NCBI GenBank assembly: GCA_051294375.1
Contig: CM119271.1
Location: 4,545,353 to 4,609,352 of the forward strand
Source of the DNA: Paraspadella gotoi
Lineage: Eukaryota; Animalia; Chaetognatha
Length of the DNA: 64,000 bases
Direction of reading: 5' to 3'
The position numbers and the translations under genes were made by a program. The notes beneath the pieces are model-generated. The model was not told the DNA's origin. It ran no database searches and saw only the letters and a program-made list of their open reading frames with translations. Shown piece by piece: positions 51,301 through 64,000 of the stretch (its first letter is position 1; every line of letters begins with the position of its first letter).

Positions 51301-54300
51301 CGAAATTTGGTCGCTAGGGAATGGAGGAAGGGAAAACAAAAGGGGGAAAAATGGGAAGAAAAAAAGGGAGGAATGTGGAGGAAAAGAAAAGAAAAAAGAC
51401 GNNNNNNNNNNNNNNNNNNNNNNNNNNNNNNNNNNNNNNNNNNNNNNNNNNNNNNNNNNNNNNNNNNNNNNNNNNNNNNNNNNNNNNNNNNNNNNNNNNN
51501 NNNNNNNNNNNNNNNNNNNNNNNNNNNNNNNNNNNNNNNNNNNNNNNNNNNNNNNNNNNNNNNNNNNNNNNNNNNNNNNNNNNNNNNNNNNNNNNNNNNN
51601 NNNNNNNNNNNNNCCGACTTACCCTTCCCCACCACAATCACTGACCCCCGTTCGACCGAATGCAAATGGCGATGAGACTCGAATCCCAATGCGACCGACG
51701 GTTGTTACTTTGTTCGAGATCGAAACCGGGCGACGTCGAATCCCGAGAGATGTCGCGCCGGCAGTCGTCGCGAAGAGAGACTAGACTAGAGTTGAAAGAT
51801 TGAGCAGACTCTTCGGAACCGAATTACCGATCAATATTCATTGCTCTACTAGGCTTTCAGGCCAAGCAAACTGAATTTCTGACCGTTGATAATTTCAGTT
51901 ACGGATAGAAGTTAGTATTATATTTTTTTAAAAAGAATTAAAATTTTTTTTCGATGAGGGTTACTCTACATTAACACGGTTAGAATCAAAATCAAATTGT
52001 AATAATTTTTTTTTTTTTTAAATTAAAAATCATCGAATCAAAATCGTTCTCTTCTCAATCAGCGATTTTTTTTTTAAATTTATTTGCATCAATTCGTAAA
52101 ACAGTCGCTCACAGTTTCTCCATTTCAAACTCTTTAGTCTTCCAATCCCTTCACAAAAAAACAGTCGTCAGCCCGCAGTGTGCCGAAGCAGTAACCACGC
52201 CCATTTTTAACAGCGTGGACTCATCGCCTTCCCGCTACCCGAACCAACGCCCTCTTGCGTTCCATCTCATTCTTCCCTCCTTTTTCCCACGCCGGGCTTC
52301 GTGACCGCACGTGTCGCCGGAGGGAGGGGNNNNNNNNNNNNNNNNNNNNNNNNNNNNNNNNNNNNNNNNNNNNNNNNNNNNNNNNNNNNNNNNNNNNNNN
52401 NNNNNNNNNNNNNNNNNNNNNNNNNNNNNNNNNNNNNNNNNNNNNNNNNNNNNNNNNNNNNNNNNNNNNNNNNNNNNNNNNNNNNNNNNNNNNNNNNNNN
52501 NNNNNNNNNNNNNNNNNNNNNNNNNNNNNNNNNNNNNNNNNNNNNNNNNNNNNNNNNNNNNNNNNNNNNNNNNNNNNNNNNNNNNNNNNNNNNNNNNNNN
52601 NNNNNNNNNNNNNNNNNNNNNNNNNNNNNNNNNNNNNNNNNNNNNNNNNNNNNNNNNNNNNNNNNNNNNNNNNNNNNNNNNNNNNNNNNNNNNNNNNNNN
52701 NNNNNNNNNNNNNNNNNNNNNNNNNNNNNNNNNNNNNNNNTTTAGTGTTTTTTATGGGGGTTTGTTAAAAAAAAATAAAACAAAATGTGAAAAAACTAAA
52801 GGTTAAGAATTTAAGAATTGTTGACGAAAGTAAAGCTCACCAGGGGGAGGGATCACTCTTCATCCCCTCATTGGTTGATTAGCTTTGGCCAATGTCCAAT
52901 GAGAGGCGGAGGCTCGATTTCAAAAAATAAAAAATAAAAAGACAAAAGGAGAAACTGAAAGCGAAGATCGAAAAAGTTGATATGAAAGAAAAAAGAAAAA
53001 TAAAATTCTCGTCAGCGAAAAAGTGATTAATCAAAACCTGAAATGTTTTCGTCTTCTTCTTTCTCGCGCTGAGGTTTTGTCGTCGTTGTTGTTGTCGTTG
53101 TTGTCGTCGTCGTTTTAATTTTTACAGTTTTCTTTGCTACGTTCTTAAACTAGAGGTAAGTAAATGATGGCGTCAAATGGTTGTTGTTCAAATAGAAGTA
53201 AAGATGTTCTATTGTTTGTATTTTTTTTTTAGTTTTCATTTTCTCCCAAAATCAAGACTTTTTTTTATTCTTATATTAAAATTTAAAAAAAAAGAAAATA
53301 AGAAAATGAGACAAATTAACTAAACTTCTTTTAAATCATCGTTACCAATTTTAACTCTATACCCAAAACCGCGTGACTCTCTCAATCCCAAGTCTCTTCT
53401 GTTTGTCAGCGAAATCCAGTCAAAGTTCCTCGTTCGGTTCGCGCGTCTCGGAACGCGCCACACGTAAACAAAGGGAACTGNNNNNNNNNNNNNNNNNNNN
53501 NNNNNNNNNNNNNNNNNNNNNNNNNNNNNNNNNNNNNNNNNNNNNNNNNNNNNNNNNNNNNNNNNNNNNNNNNNNNNNNNNNNNNNNNNNNNNNNNNNNN
53601 NNNNNNNNNNNNNNNNNNNNNNTCTCTCTCTCTCTCTCCCTCATCCTTTTAAACAAAACCCTTTCCCCCTTGAAGCAGGACTCATTTCTGTTTCTGGTCG
53701 CTCTCGATCTCTATCTTTATCTCAATCATTTCACTTATTTTTTTCAGTTTTCACTCTCCTTCCCCCCCCCCTCTTTTCCACCCTTCACCTCTTCTCCTTC
53801 ATCATTCACTCTTTTTTTTTCACAACTTTTCCTTTTCCTTTCTCTTAGTACAACTGATGGCGACATTTGAAATCCAATTTCATCCTCCTTTAAAAAAAAA
53901 AAACGTTGAAAGAAAACGAGACACGGTTTTTTTTTAAATCTTAAGATTTTTTTTGTTTGTTTTTTATACTTTTTCTTTTTTTGTGAAGATATTTTGAAAA
54001 AAAAATTTTTTCAAAAGTTTTTCACGCCCATTTCAAAAGGTCCCAAGGTGCCCACTGTCCAGTGGACACTGTCCACACTTGCAAACCGCAATGAACGGAA
54101 TGAATAATCCAAGAGGACAACCTGCGAAATTAACAAGAGACTCGCAAGGTCACTTTGCAGCAACATCCCTTACTCTCTCAGTCTTCCTCCACCATCGCCA
54201 GTTTTTGAAGGATCTTTGTAGCATTTTTGTTGTAAGCGGTCGTCATAGCGACCGAGGGTCTGGCTTGTCTCCCTGCAATTTTCATTCGCCTCCGTGACTT

Positions 54301-55345
54301 CCTTCGTGAAATATCTTAGCTAAATAATAAAATAACGTTTCATTTAAAACTAACGCTGATAGCTGTCGGGCCAATCTACGACACCACGTTGAGTGCGAAT
54401 CGAAGAGCATGTGGTCGAGACGAGTATAAAACTCGAATGGGCGCGCCGGTCGGAGAAATGGACGCGCTGGTCGGAGAAATGGACGCGCCAGTCGGAGAAA
54501 TGGACGCGNNNNNNNNNNNNNNNNNNNNNNNNNNNNNNNNNNNNNNNNNNNNNNNNNNNNNNNNNNNNNNNNNNNNNNNNNNNNNNNNNNNNNNNNNNNN
54601 NNNNNNNNNNNNNNNNNNNNNNNNNNNNNNNNNNNNNNNNNNNNNNNNNNNNNNNNNNNNNNNNNNNNNNNNNNNNNNNNNNNNNNNNNNNNNNNNNNNN
54701 NNNNNNNNNNNNNNNNNNNNNNNNNNNNNNNNNNNNNNNNNNNNNNNNNNNNNNNNNNNNNNNNNNNNNNNNNNNNNNNNNNNNNNNNNNNNNNNNNNNN
54801 NNNNNNNNNNNNNNNNNNNNNNNNNNNNNNNNNNNNNNNNNNNNNNNNNNNNNNNNNNNNNNNNNNNNNNNNNNNNNNNNNNNNNNNNNNNNNNNNNNNN
54901 NNNNNNNNNNNNNNNNNNNNNNNNNNNNNNNNNNNNNNNNNNNNNNNNNNNNNNNNNNNNNNNNNNNNNNNNNNNNNNNNNNNNNNNNNNNNNNNNNNNN
55001 NNNNNNNNNNNNNNNNNNNNNNNNNNNNNNNNNNNNNNNNNNNNNNNNNNNNNNNNNNNNNNNNNNNNNNNNNNNNNNNNNNNNNNNNNNNNNNNNNNNN
55101 NNNNNNNNNNNNNNNNNNNNNNNNNNNNNNNNNNNNNNNNNNNNNNNNNNNNNNNNNNNNNNNNNNNNNNNNNNNNNNNNNNNNNNNNNNNNNNNNNNNN
55201 NNNNNNNNNNNNNNNNNNNNNNNNNNNNNNNNNNNNNNNNNNNNNNNNNNNNNNNNNNNNNNNNNNNNNNNNNNNNNNNNNNNNNNNNNNNNNNNNNNNN
55301 NNNNNNNNNNNNNNNNNNNNNNNNNNACGCGCCGGTCGGAAAAAT
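45400..55345 (+). repeat. Copy B of large direct duplication (5' part extremely degraded by AT-rich insertions)
   Basis: See copy A. Weak anchors such as TTCGATTAAACTTCGACGG 46405/37256 and TTTCAGCCGAC 46615/37382 extend the match leftwards. Confidence 0.9.
49540..50270 (+). mobile_element. Second, inverted copy of the solo-LTR-like sequence
   Basis: 49628-49845 is the reverse complement of 39262-39462 (e.g. TGACGCTCAAGATGA, CACTTCTATCTAA, GTTGATGAGATGAGAGTAGA). Termini are noisy. Confidence 0.7.
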
Positions 55346-56624
55346 TTTCGATCGGAAAGCGAATTTTAAATCTAGAAAAAAGAAAAATGAAGCTGGAAAC
55401 GAAGTCAGCAGAATCGGCATCGATGAAGCCAATGGAGGCCATTGCATTGCGAGGAAAGGAAAACAATGGGAGGGGATTNNNNNNNNNNNNNNNNNNNNNN
55501 NNNNNNNNNNNNNNNNNNNNNNNNNNNNNNNNNNNNNNNNNNNNNNNNNNNNNNNNNNNNNNNNNNNNNNNNNNNNNNNNNNNNNNNNNNNNNNNNNNNN
55601 NNNNNNNNNNNNNNNNNNNNNNNNNNNNNNNNNNNNNNNNNNNNNNNNNNNNNNNNNNNNNNNNNNNNNNNNNNNNNNNNNNNNNNNNNNNNNNNAAGGA
55701 AAGGGAAGGGATTTTAAAGAAAGGAAACGAAAGTGTGGGAGTTAAGGAAATGAAAAGGTAAGGCAGGGGAGACAAAGGAAGAAAATGTAAGCGAACGAAA
55801 GAGAAGGAAATTAAAAAAGATTAAGAAAGATATGAACGGAAAGAAAAATTAAAAAGAACAAATGAGAATAAAGCATATGGGAAAATTGTGACTCAACTAA
55901 GGACATAATGACCATTCGACTGCCTCAGTAAAAATGGGAAAAAATGAATGAAAAAAGAAAAGAAGAAAAGTTAAAAAAAAAAAAGGAAATGCGAAAAAGA
56001 AGAAGAAGGAGATCGGAATCTCCCTTTTCTTTTTCTATTTCCTCCCTTTTTTTCCTTCTTCGGTCGAGGGTCTCGCGGGCTCAGCAGGCGAGAGGCATTT
56101 CAAAAATTGGAATTAATTAATGAGAAATGATCCATAGTAACGAGAACAAATGAGACAGAAGAGAGAAGAGCAGGGGGGAGGGAGAGGGAGAGAGAGAGAG
56201 AGAGAGAGAGAGNNNNNNNNNNNNNNNNNNNNNNNNNNNNNNNNNNNNNNNNNNNNNNNNNNNNNNNNNNNNNNNNNNNNNNNNNNNNNNNNNNNNNNNN
56301 NNNNNNNNNNNNNNNNNNNNNNNNNNNNNNNNNNNNNNNNNNNNNNNNNNNNNNNNNNNNNNNNNNNNNNNNNNNNNNNNNNNNNNNNNNNNNNNNNNNN
56401 NNNNNNNNNNNNNNNNNNNNNNNNNNNNNNNNNNNNNNNNNNNNNNNNNNNNNNNNNNNNNNNNNNNNNNNNNNNNNNNNNNNNNNNNNNNNNNNNNNAT
56501 ATTGAGAAGGAGGTGAGGAATGGTGCAAGGAAAATATTAGGATAAAAGTAAACATCAGGAAACTGTAAGAAAAAAAAAGTGAAAGAAATGATTAAAGCAA
56601 ATTAACGTATAAATCATTTAAAAA

Positions 56625-56718
56625 AAAAGAAAAGAAAAGAAAAGAAAAGAAAAGAAAAGAAAAGAAAAGAAAAGAAAAGAAAAGAAAAGAAAAGAAAAGA
56701 AAAGAAAAGAAAAGAAAA
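56625..56718. repeat. (AAAAG)n microsatellite
   Basis: Near-perfect pentamer array. Confidence 0.97.
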
Positions 56719-57002
56719 AAAATCGAAATGTAAGAACCCAGAAAAAAAAGGAGGAATAAAAATGAGCTTGGATTCCTGGGTTAATTGAGCGAGAAATTCC
56801 TACCCGCTCGCTAAACTAGCTATCGCGCTCTCGAAAATAGCGAGCGCGATATTTTTAAAAGCGTCGAGCTTATACTTTTTTTATCCTTTCGATTCCCAAC
56901 GGAGGAAATTCTCTGTGCGATTCTAAGCAAATCGCTGATGCGATGTTGCAAATCTAAGCCTGGTTGATTTTTTTCGGTTGGGGGTGGGGGTAGAAAGGAG
57001 AT

Positions 57003-57027
57003 AGAAGAAAGAAAGAAAGAAAGAAAA

Positions 57028-57058
<31 letters not shown>

Positions 57059-57131
57059 CAAACAAACAAACAAACGAAGAAATAAAGAAAGATACAGAAA
57101 GAAAGAAACATTGAAGAAAGAAAGAAAAAAA

Positions 57132-57179
<48 letters not shown>

Positions 57180-57180
57180 G

Positions 57181-57239
<59 letters not shown>

Positions 57240-57245
57240 AAAAAA
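57003..57245. repeat. (AAAG)n microsatellite
   Basis: Direct; similar arrays at 9466-9560, 36030-36070 and 37825-38160. Confidence 0.95.
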
Positions 57246-57408
57246 GCCGAGTTGAATAGACACTTAATAATCTTTAGAAATTTCTTCAATACTAAATATC
57301 GATGAATGATTTTTATCCCATATTTTTTTAGTTAATGCCAGTTAATGCACATGGATCAGACATTATAAAAAGTCGGTCATTCGTTTTCCGGGGGAATTTG
57401 ATTCTAGC

Positions 57409-57456
<48 letters not shown>

Positions 57457-57579
57457 GTAACTCTGCAGAGAGTTAGTATATATATTGTTTGATAAGTTGA
57501 GATGTTTTCCCTGTTATGTTTTGGTCAGACACACCGACTCTTCATACGACAATCTTTCCCCCGCCCTCGCCGACGTGAT

Positions 57580-57910
57580 TCTGGACCAATGAGCAAACAG
57601 AGACAGAGAGACAGAGACAGAGACAGAGACAGAGACAGAGACGGAGAGACACAGAAAATGGAATTTTTCTGTTCAGTGACACCGCGAACGATTTTCCCGC
57701 TCTACCAATCACGTGACTCTAATCCAGTTAGTGACCGATCACGTGACTAATCCGCGGGACAACCACGGTATTCTCTCTCTCTCTCTATCTCTTTCTCTCT
57801 CTCTCTCTCTCTCTCTGCTCTCTCTCTCTCTCTTCTCTCATCTCTTCGTCTCTCTCTCTCTCTCTCTCTCTTCGGCATCCGTGACAAGACAAAGCAATAA
57901 TGACGTCGTC
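57580..57910. promoter_or_regulatory. Promoter-like motif cluster: two ATCACGTGACT E-boxes, CCAAT boxes, CRE-like TGACGTC
   Basis: TCACGTGAC at 57709 and 57739 (30 bp apart), CCAAT at 57586 and 57705, TGACGTC at 57901, embedded among GA tracts. Confidence 0.4.
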
Positions 57911-57935
57911 TCTCGTGTGCGAAAAGCGAGAGAGG

Positions 57936-57971
<36 letters not shown>

Positions 57972-58062
57972 AGAGATAGAGTAGCGGAAGAGAGATGTAT
58001 AAAGAGAAAGAGATAAAGAGAAAGAAATTAGATCATAGAGAGAAAGAAAAAAGTAGAGAGAG

Positions 58063-58107
<45 letters not shown>

Positions 58108-58777
58108 AGAGAGAGAAGAGTGAATATCGATTTTCCCGCTTGCATAAAGAGGGTAGTGATATGGAGAGTCGGATTTTGTTTTTCCTCGTTTCTCCGTCAG
58201 AGGCGCTCTTGTCTTTTGATCTTCAACGTCCTCGCATGTGAGGACTTTGGTCCGTGCATTGTCGTCGTGGTCGTCTTTTTTGTTGTTGTTGTTGTGGTTG
58301 TTGTTGTTGTTGTTGATACGTGTGGTGAAGTTATTTTTTAAGAATCAAAAAGATTCACTTTTGATAAAACTGCGTGAGGAATGCAGGTCGCCCACCATGT
58401 CGACTTCGAACAACGACGACAACAATTACGACGACGACGACGACGATGAATAAGAATGCAGAGGACGGTGTGAAGGCGGATGAGGAAGATGGTTACATCA
58501 ATGACGACGTAAGCGACGACGTCGAAGACGATGACGACGATTACTATGACGACAGCGCCAACGTCGGGCCAAAAAAAACAAAAAAAAACAAAAAACCAAA
58601 AAAAAACAGGCGTTGTGGGAAGACGAGCGACTGCGAGAGGAGAACTTTGATGGATTGTGTATATCCAAAAACATATCAAGAACATGAAAAGGGTCATAGA
58701 TTTATAAAAAAATTATAACAAACGTCATTTCTTATACTCGGATGATTTAATAAGTAATTCGGACGAAAGACGATCAG

Positions 58778-58783
58778 TTTATT
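58778..58783 (-). terminator. Candidate polyadenylation signal for minus-strand gene
   Basis: AATAAA on the minus strand about 30 nt after the TAA stop at 58811-58813. Confidence 0.4.
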
Positions 58784-58810
58784 AACAGTAATTGAAAGCT
58801 TCGAAAGCTT

Positions 58811-59080
58811 TTAAAAACGGAATCGGCTCAAGCTGAGTGTCGTATAGCATGTTGTCCTATAAACTTTCGCTCGATTCCATCCCAATAAAAATGGCGCCGA
58901 GTCTCCTTCCAAAGGATTCGTCCTAATCGCTTCCTCCAAACAAAGATTCGTCTCCCTTCTCTGGATTTTTCCGTCGACGCGTCGAACAAGAAAGAAATTC
59001 CTTCTCTCATCGAAGCGACTTTCTCTGAATCGACATCGTGTATTCGTCGCCCGTGTTGCGATATATGCAATGCATATCGG
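58811..59080 (-). CDS. Terminal exon encoding ricin-B (beta-trefoil) lectin-like domain, as in polypeptide GalNAc-transferases
   Basis: After an AAG acceptor: DMHCIYRNTGDEYTMSIQ (adjacent frame) / FDERRNFFLVRRVDGKIQRRETNLCLEEAIRTNPLEGDSAPFLLGWNRAKVYRTTCYTTLSLSRFRF*. Cys spacing and GxIxxxxTxLCL resemble ricin-B subdomains. It is absent from the ORF track because it lacks a start codon. Confidence 0.45.
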   Translation of the reverse strand, partial: PICIAYIATRATNTRCRFRESRFDERRNFFLVRRVDGKIQRRETNLCLEEAIRTNPLEGDSAPFLLGWNRAKVYRTTCYTTLSLSRFRF

Positions 59081-59383
59081 CTTTTTGAATTAAAATTTTC
59101 TTTTATTTATTTATGTCTAAATGTTTATTTAAATTCTTTATTTCGATGTCAAAATTGTAAAAGAAAAGAGAGTGATATTTGGGTTTATCATAATAACTAA
59201 TAAACAGTCTTTTATTTAAAAATATGTTTCAATTGTGTTTCGAGGCTTATCCATTTGACGCAGCGCTCTTCTTCCCGTCTTCTCCGTCTTAACTTCTCTG
59301 GAATCACATGGAACCGCTTTCCCTTCCCCTTTTTTTTCTGTAATACGACGCGCGAAAATCCATCTGCCGGCAAAAAAATGGCA

Positions 59384-59479
<96 letters not shown>

Positions 59480-60136
59480 CTTTTTTCAGTCGAGTGAGAA
59501 AAGAAGGTGAAAAGGCAAACCGGGATAAAAAAAAATGGTCGCTTGCAAAGCAAAAAAAGCAAAAAAAAGAAAAAAAAAACAAAATAAATAAATAAAGAAG
59601 AAGAAGAAAAAAAAAGGAAAAAAAATCACATTCTTCTTTTCTAGCGGAAAAAGTCGAAGCGGAGTTTTCCGGGCGAGAGACGTCGATGCTCTTTTTGTTC
59701 TCAAGATCGATTTCGAATTTGAGCGCCATTTATTGACAGTTGCAACCAATTACATATAATAGAATATAACAATTATTAAAATGTAAATTGTTAAACATGT
59801 TGCTGTTTACTAGCTTTGTTTAGTGTTCAAGATAAAGTTTCTAAAAGAATTACTTCTTACAAATGTATTTATTAATTCCTTTATCTATTTATATAAAGGA
59901 AACGCGGTGATATAATCTGAGGTCTAACAATGAATCGATAACGCGACGGTGAATCGAGAGAAAAATAAATACAAGAAAACGGAAATGTGAAAAAATATTC
60001 GGCATTTATGATGGAAAACACGAGGACGACGACGACGACGACGACGACGACGATGATTCGAATAAAAGCATTTCTTCTCTTTTCTCACGAATTCTAAATC
60101 TTCTTTTCCCCACGTGATACATTTTTAACGAAGTAT

Positions 60137-60253
<117 letters not shown>

Positions 60254-61453
60254 GATAATGGACGACGTTGAGTCTCGAAATGTCTCGGGCCGTTCGTCAT
60301 CGTTTCCGACCGCATTCACCGCGTCGCATTGTAGACGCGTCGTCGTCTTTCTCTTTCCTTCTTCAGCGAAGATTTCTCCTTCTTTCGAATCAATTTTTGG
60401 CGGGAAAATTTGAAAGAAAAAAAACGACCATCGACCAAATTTTATACAATTGAAAATAATGTATAAATAAAAGTAACATGATTTCAACAAATCGAAATAA
60501 GAAGCCATACTGTGAGTTTACTGAAGCTCGTGAAGCTAATAAAATTCGTAGAATTAATATAAAACTTTACATTCATTTGGACAGGCTTTGGTGGTTTAAG
60601 GCCTCCATCACTCTTACAGAATATTGACATAGCAGGTCCCTGCAAGCTTTCAATCAAGACTCTCTCACAGTCTCGTTTATTCACTCCCAGAGTACCTGGC
60701 TTCCCTATCAATGAAGAGGTATAATATTTCAAAAAAAGTTTCAATTGTATAAAAGGATAATGTATTTCTTCATTCTAAAATATCGACTGTTTTTCCAAGA
60801 TTTCGGAGGTTTGTTTTCAGATTTTCTTGTCCGAATCCGTAGGTTCATCGATCAATCAGGTTTGATGAGTTCCTTTCATCTTGGACTCAATATGCAAATT
60901 TAAAGGAAGTGTTGGGAAAAAATGTTGAAAAGATTTGGCCTCTTATAATTATAGATTAAGTTAAAGATTTTGAATGAAGGCCTAATGCCAAGTTGATTCA
61001 GTTCGAAAAATGATCCACAAAGGAAAAAGCATACAAGAGAGAGAGANNNNNNNNNNNNNNNNNNNNNNNNNNNNNNNNNNNNNNNNNNNNNNNNNNNNNN
61101 NNNNNNNNNNNNNNNNNNNNNNNNNNNNNNNNNNNNNNNNNNNNNNNNNNNNNNNNNNNNNNNNNNNNNNNNNNNNNNNNNNNNNNNNNNNNNNNNNNNN
61201 NNNNNNNNNNNNNNNNNNNNNNNNNNNNNNNNNNNNNNNNNNNNNNNNNNNNNNNNNNNNNNNNNNNNNNNNNNNNNNNNNNNNNNNNNNNNNNNNNNNN
61301 NNNNNNNNNNNNNNNNNNNNNNNNNNNNNNNNNNNNNNNNNNNNNNNNNNNNNNNNNNNNNNNNNNNNNNNNNNNNNNNNNNNNNNNNNNNNNNNNNNNN
61401 NNNNNNNNNNNNNNNNNNNNNNNNNNNNNNNNNNNNNNNNNNNNNNNNNNNNN

Positions 61454-61488
<35 letters not shown>

Positions 61489-62954
61489 CCAGAGTTTTTT
61501 CTCACAAGAAAATCAAAGGCGGGGAAAATCAAACCGGGAGAAAATGAAAGGAAAAAGAAATAAATGGGAGTGAAAAAAGTGTAGCAATAGAATGGATAGA
61601 GATAAGTATTAAAGAAAAATGTAAAAAATGAAATAAAAGGGAAAAAAATTAAACGAATAAAATAAAGAAATCGAAACAACGAATGAACTTTTTAGTTTAA
61701 TTTTAAAATACAAGTCTAATATTATATTACAAAAACTAAAAATAAATAAGTCAAATTGTCGGGAAGAAACTTTCATGAAAATTCATCATCGGACTTTTAT
61801 TCATTTGAATATTTATTCATTGACAAATAAAACAAATAAAACTCGATCTGTACATCTGTCACAACTTTTCATTCTTAATAATACGTTCATTTAGATTCAT
61901 ATCATATTCCGTACATATCATATATCACCCTTTATCAATACCTTTCATTAACTTACCTCTTTCCTCCCTCCTCGTCTCCCGTCTCTAAGGGCTCCCCGAT
62001 TTTTGGGTAAGGTTCGCCCAAGTTCAACTCTCTCTATGAGGCGCTTATTTTATGCATTAAGTCTTTTCACTTCTCCACTCGATGGAGGAGCGCCAAGAAT
62101 CGCCCTTACCTTAGGTCAGTCAGTCAATATGTCAGTCAGTCGATATCTCAGTCAGTCAGTCCGTCCGTTAGACAATACGGAATGAATGTAGTGGTTTACC
62201 TTCCTGATTTTAGTCTAAGCACACCCGTTTGATAATTTTTTTAAAAAATGAAACAAAATAACAACTAGCAAAACTGAGCCTCCATAAAAAATCCGAATTA
62301 AAAGAGTATTTTTTTGTTATCGTTAACTATATTTGTTAAAGAATGTATTTAACTTCATCATGTAAAATTCAATATATAGATTTCTTTTTTTTCGATTTTA
62401 AAGTTTCTTCAAACTAACTTTTTCTTCCCGTATGTATTAGATTATTAATAAGTTCGAGTAATGATCCTCCGTACGTACAAAACTCTTCCTCACCCCAAAT
62501 TCCGCCGCTTAAACATACGACCCCTTGACCCGACCTCGCTCCCATCCTGAACTCACCCGTCGACCCTCACCCTCCCGACTTCGCCCCCCCTCCACCTTCC
62601 GCCCCCCCCGCACGCCCTTACTCATAAATCCATCCCCGGACGAACGCCTCAGGGCGGATGCCTTTACGATATTCGGCGCTGGGAGCTTTTTCGAAGGAAG
62701 GGATACAGGGGGTGTGGAAGGAGGGGGTGGCGGGGATGGAAGGGGGGAGGCTGAGCGATGATGCGGGAAGGATCTAAGAGGGTCAGGTTATGAGGTGACC
62801 GGAAACTCCTTCTTTTTTTTTTTCTTTCCTGAGGAGAAGAGAGAGAGAAGAAGAGAGAGAAAGAGAGGAGAGAGAGAGAGAGAGAGAGAGAGGGGGGAAA
62901 AAAAAAAAGGTGAGAAGGGGAAGATGGAAATCTTTTTGAAGGAGAGAGAGAGAG

Positions 62955-63240
62955 GGAGATGAGATGAGATGAGAGAGGGAGATGAGATGAGAGAGAGAGA
63001 TGAGATGAGAGGGAGAAGAAATCTTTTAAGAAGGCGAGAGAGAAAGGAAAATAAGATTTGCAAGAGGAATTGAAAAAGAGGAAGATGAGATGAGAGGGAG
63101 GGAGAAATATAAGATGAGATGAGATGAGAGGGAGGAAAATAAGATGAGATGAGAGGGAGGAAGATGAGATGAGATGAGAGGGAGGAATATAAGATGAGAT
63201 GAGAGGGAGGAAGATGAAATGAGAGCGAGGAAAATAAAAT
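62955..63240. repeat. (GAGAT)n-based compound minisatellite
   Basis: Repeated AAGATGAGATGAGATGAGAGGGAGG units. Confidence 0.85.
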
Positions 63241-63504
63241 AGGAAGATGAAATTAGTCAGTAAGGGCAAAGACAAAATGGAGGAAAAGGAAAGAAATGCC
63301 TGGAGCACAAGAGAGAAGAAGAATCCGAGGTAAGATGTCGTGGAAACTTATTAGTTTTATCTAAAACTTTGTAGTATATTGACGTTGCTTGAGAAAGAAA
63401 ATTTTACCCTAAAATTTAAAAAATTGGCACGAACTGCGGGCGAAACTGATCGAGAAGGAAAAAGAAAAAAGAGAAGAAAAATTTCAGGTATAAAAAAGCT
63501 GAAG

Positions 63505-63570
<66 letters not shown>

Positions 63571-63916
63571 CCCTTCAAAAGGTTTGAAACTTATGGCGTT
63601 AAAATGAACCGACGTCCGGGAAAAAAAAAGGAAATCCAGAAGGAAAGGAGGAAAGCGGGAGATAGGAGAGAGAAAATAGAAGGGAAGATATCAAAGAGGA
63701 GGAGGAGGAGGAGGAGGAGGAAGTGAGGAGCCGTGAGAATCGCCTCACGTGAAAAGGAGTCAAGGTGAAAAGGGTAAAGCTTTGAGCGGATGAGGGTCTA
63801 TAGAAAAAGAGGAGGAGGAGGAGGAAGAGGAGGAGGAGGAGGAGGAGGAAAAAGAATATAACAGCGAGATGAGCAAGAATTCATCCGAGAGAAAAAAAAG
63901 GTTATTTACGAAAGAA

Positions 63917-63947
<31 letters not shown>

Positions 63948-64000
63948 TTTTTTCCTCGTCGTTGTCGAATATAAATAACCGCCGAAAATTACTAATTCAC

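Noticed and set aside
54282-55775. Longest ORFs in the track (up to 497 aa)
   Set aside because: Mostly N-gap read-through flanked by a minisatellite.
58828-59070. ORF with GRRIFV resembling CRAL-TRIO
   Set aside because: Match is only a few residues; the alternative frame gives better Cys-spaced ricin-B similarity with a stop and polyA signal.
60480-61035. CpG-poor, coding-looking island
   Set aside because: All frames are interrupted and no recognisable motif was found; it cannot be assigned to a gene or transposon.

Overview
Eukaryotic, probably invertebrate animal, genomic DNA from an indel-rich, gapped draft assembly. There are no prokaryotic operons, rRNA, CRISPR arrays or intact transposase/RT ORFs, and almost all long ORFs in the track are microsatellite or N-gap artefacts. 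Reading for GT-AG exons gives three candidate genes. (1) A roughly 17-exon + strand gene at 3558-10200 for a secreted protein with a signal peptide, basic cleavage cluster, amphipathic helix and coiled coil; a pore-forming-toxin-like architecture is inferred. (2) The 5' exons of a secreted DNase I/EEP-like protein at 13599-14724. (3) A - strand terminal exon at 58811-59080 resembling the ricin-B lectin domain of polypeptide GalNAc-transferases. Two large self-similarities dominate the window: an inverted duplication (about 17.2-21.7 kb vs 23.9-29.6 kb) and a direct duplication (about 36.7-44.4 kb vs 45.4-55.3 kb). Both may be long-read or haplotype assembly artefacts. Comparing the direct copies exposes a TG..CA solo-LTR-like insertion with a 4-bp TSD and an empty site, plus a second inverted copy. 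Other repeats are a 2.3 kb element with about 600 bp inverted arms carrying a tRNA-derived SINE, HINE/DINE-1-like elements, a CCTAA-rich dispersed repeat and many mini/microsatellites. All homology calls come from motif recognition by eye, not database searches, and I cannot support a claim of a wholly new biological system.
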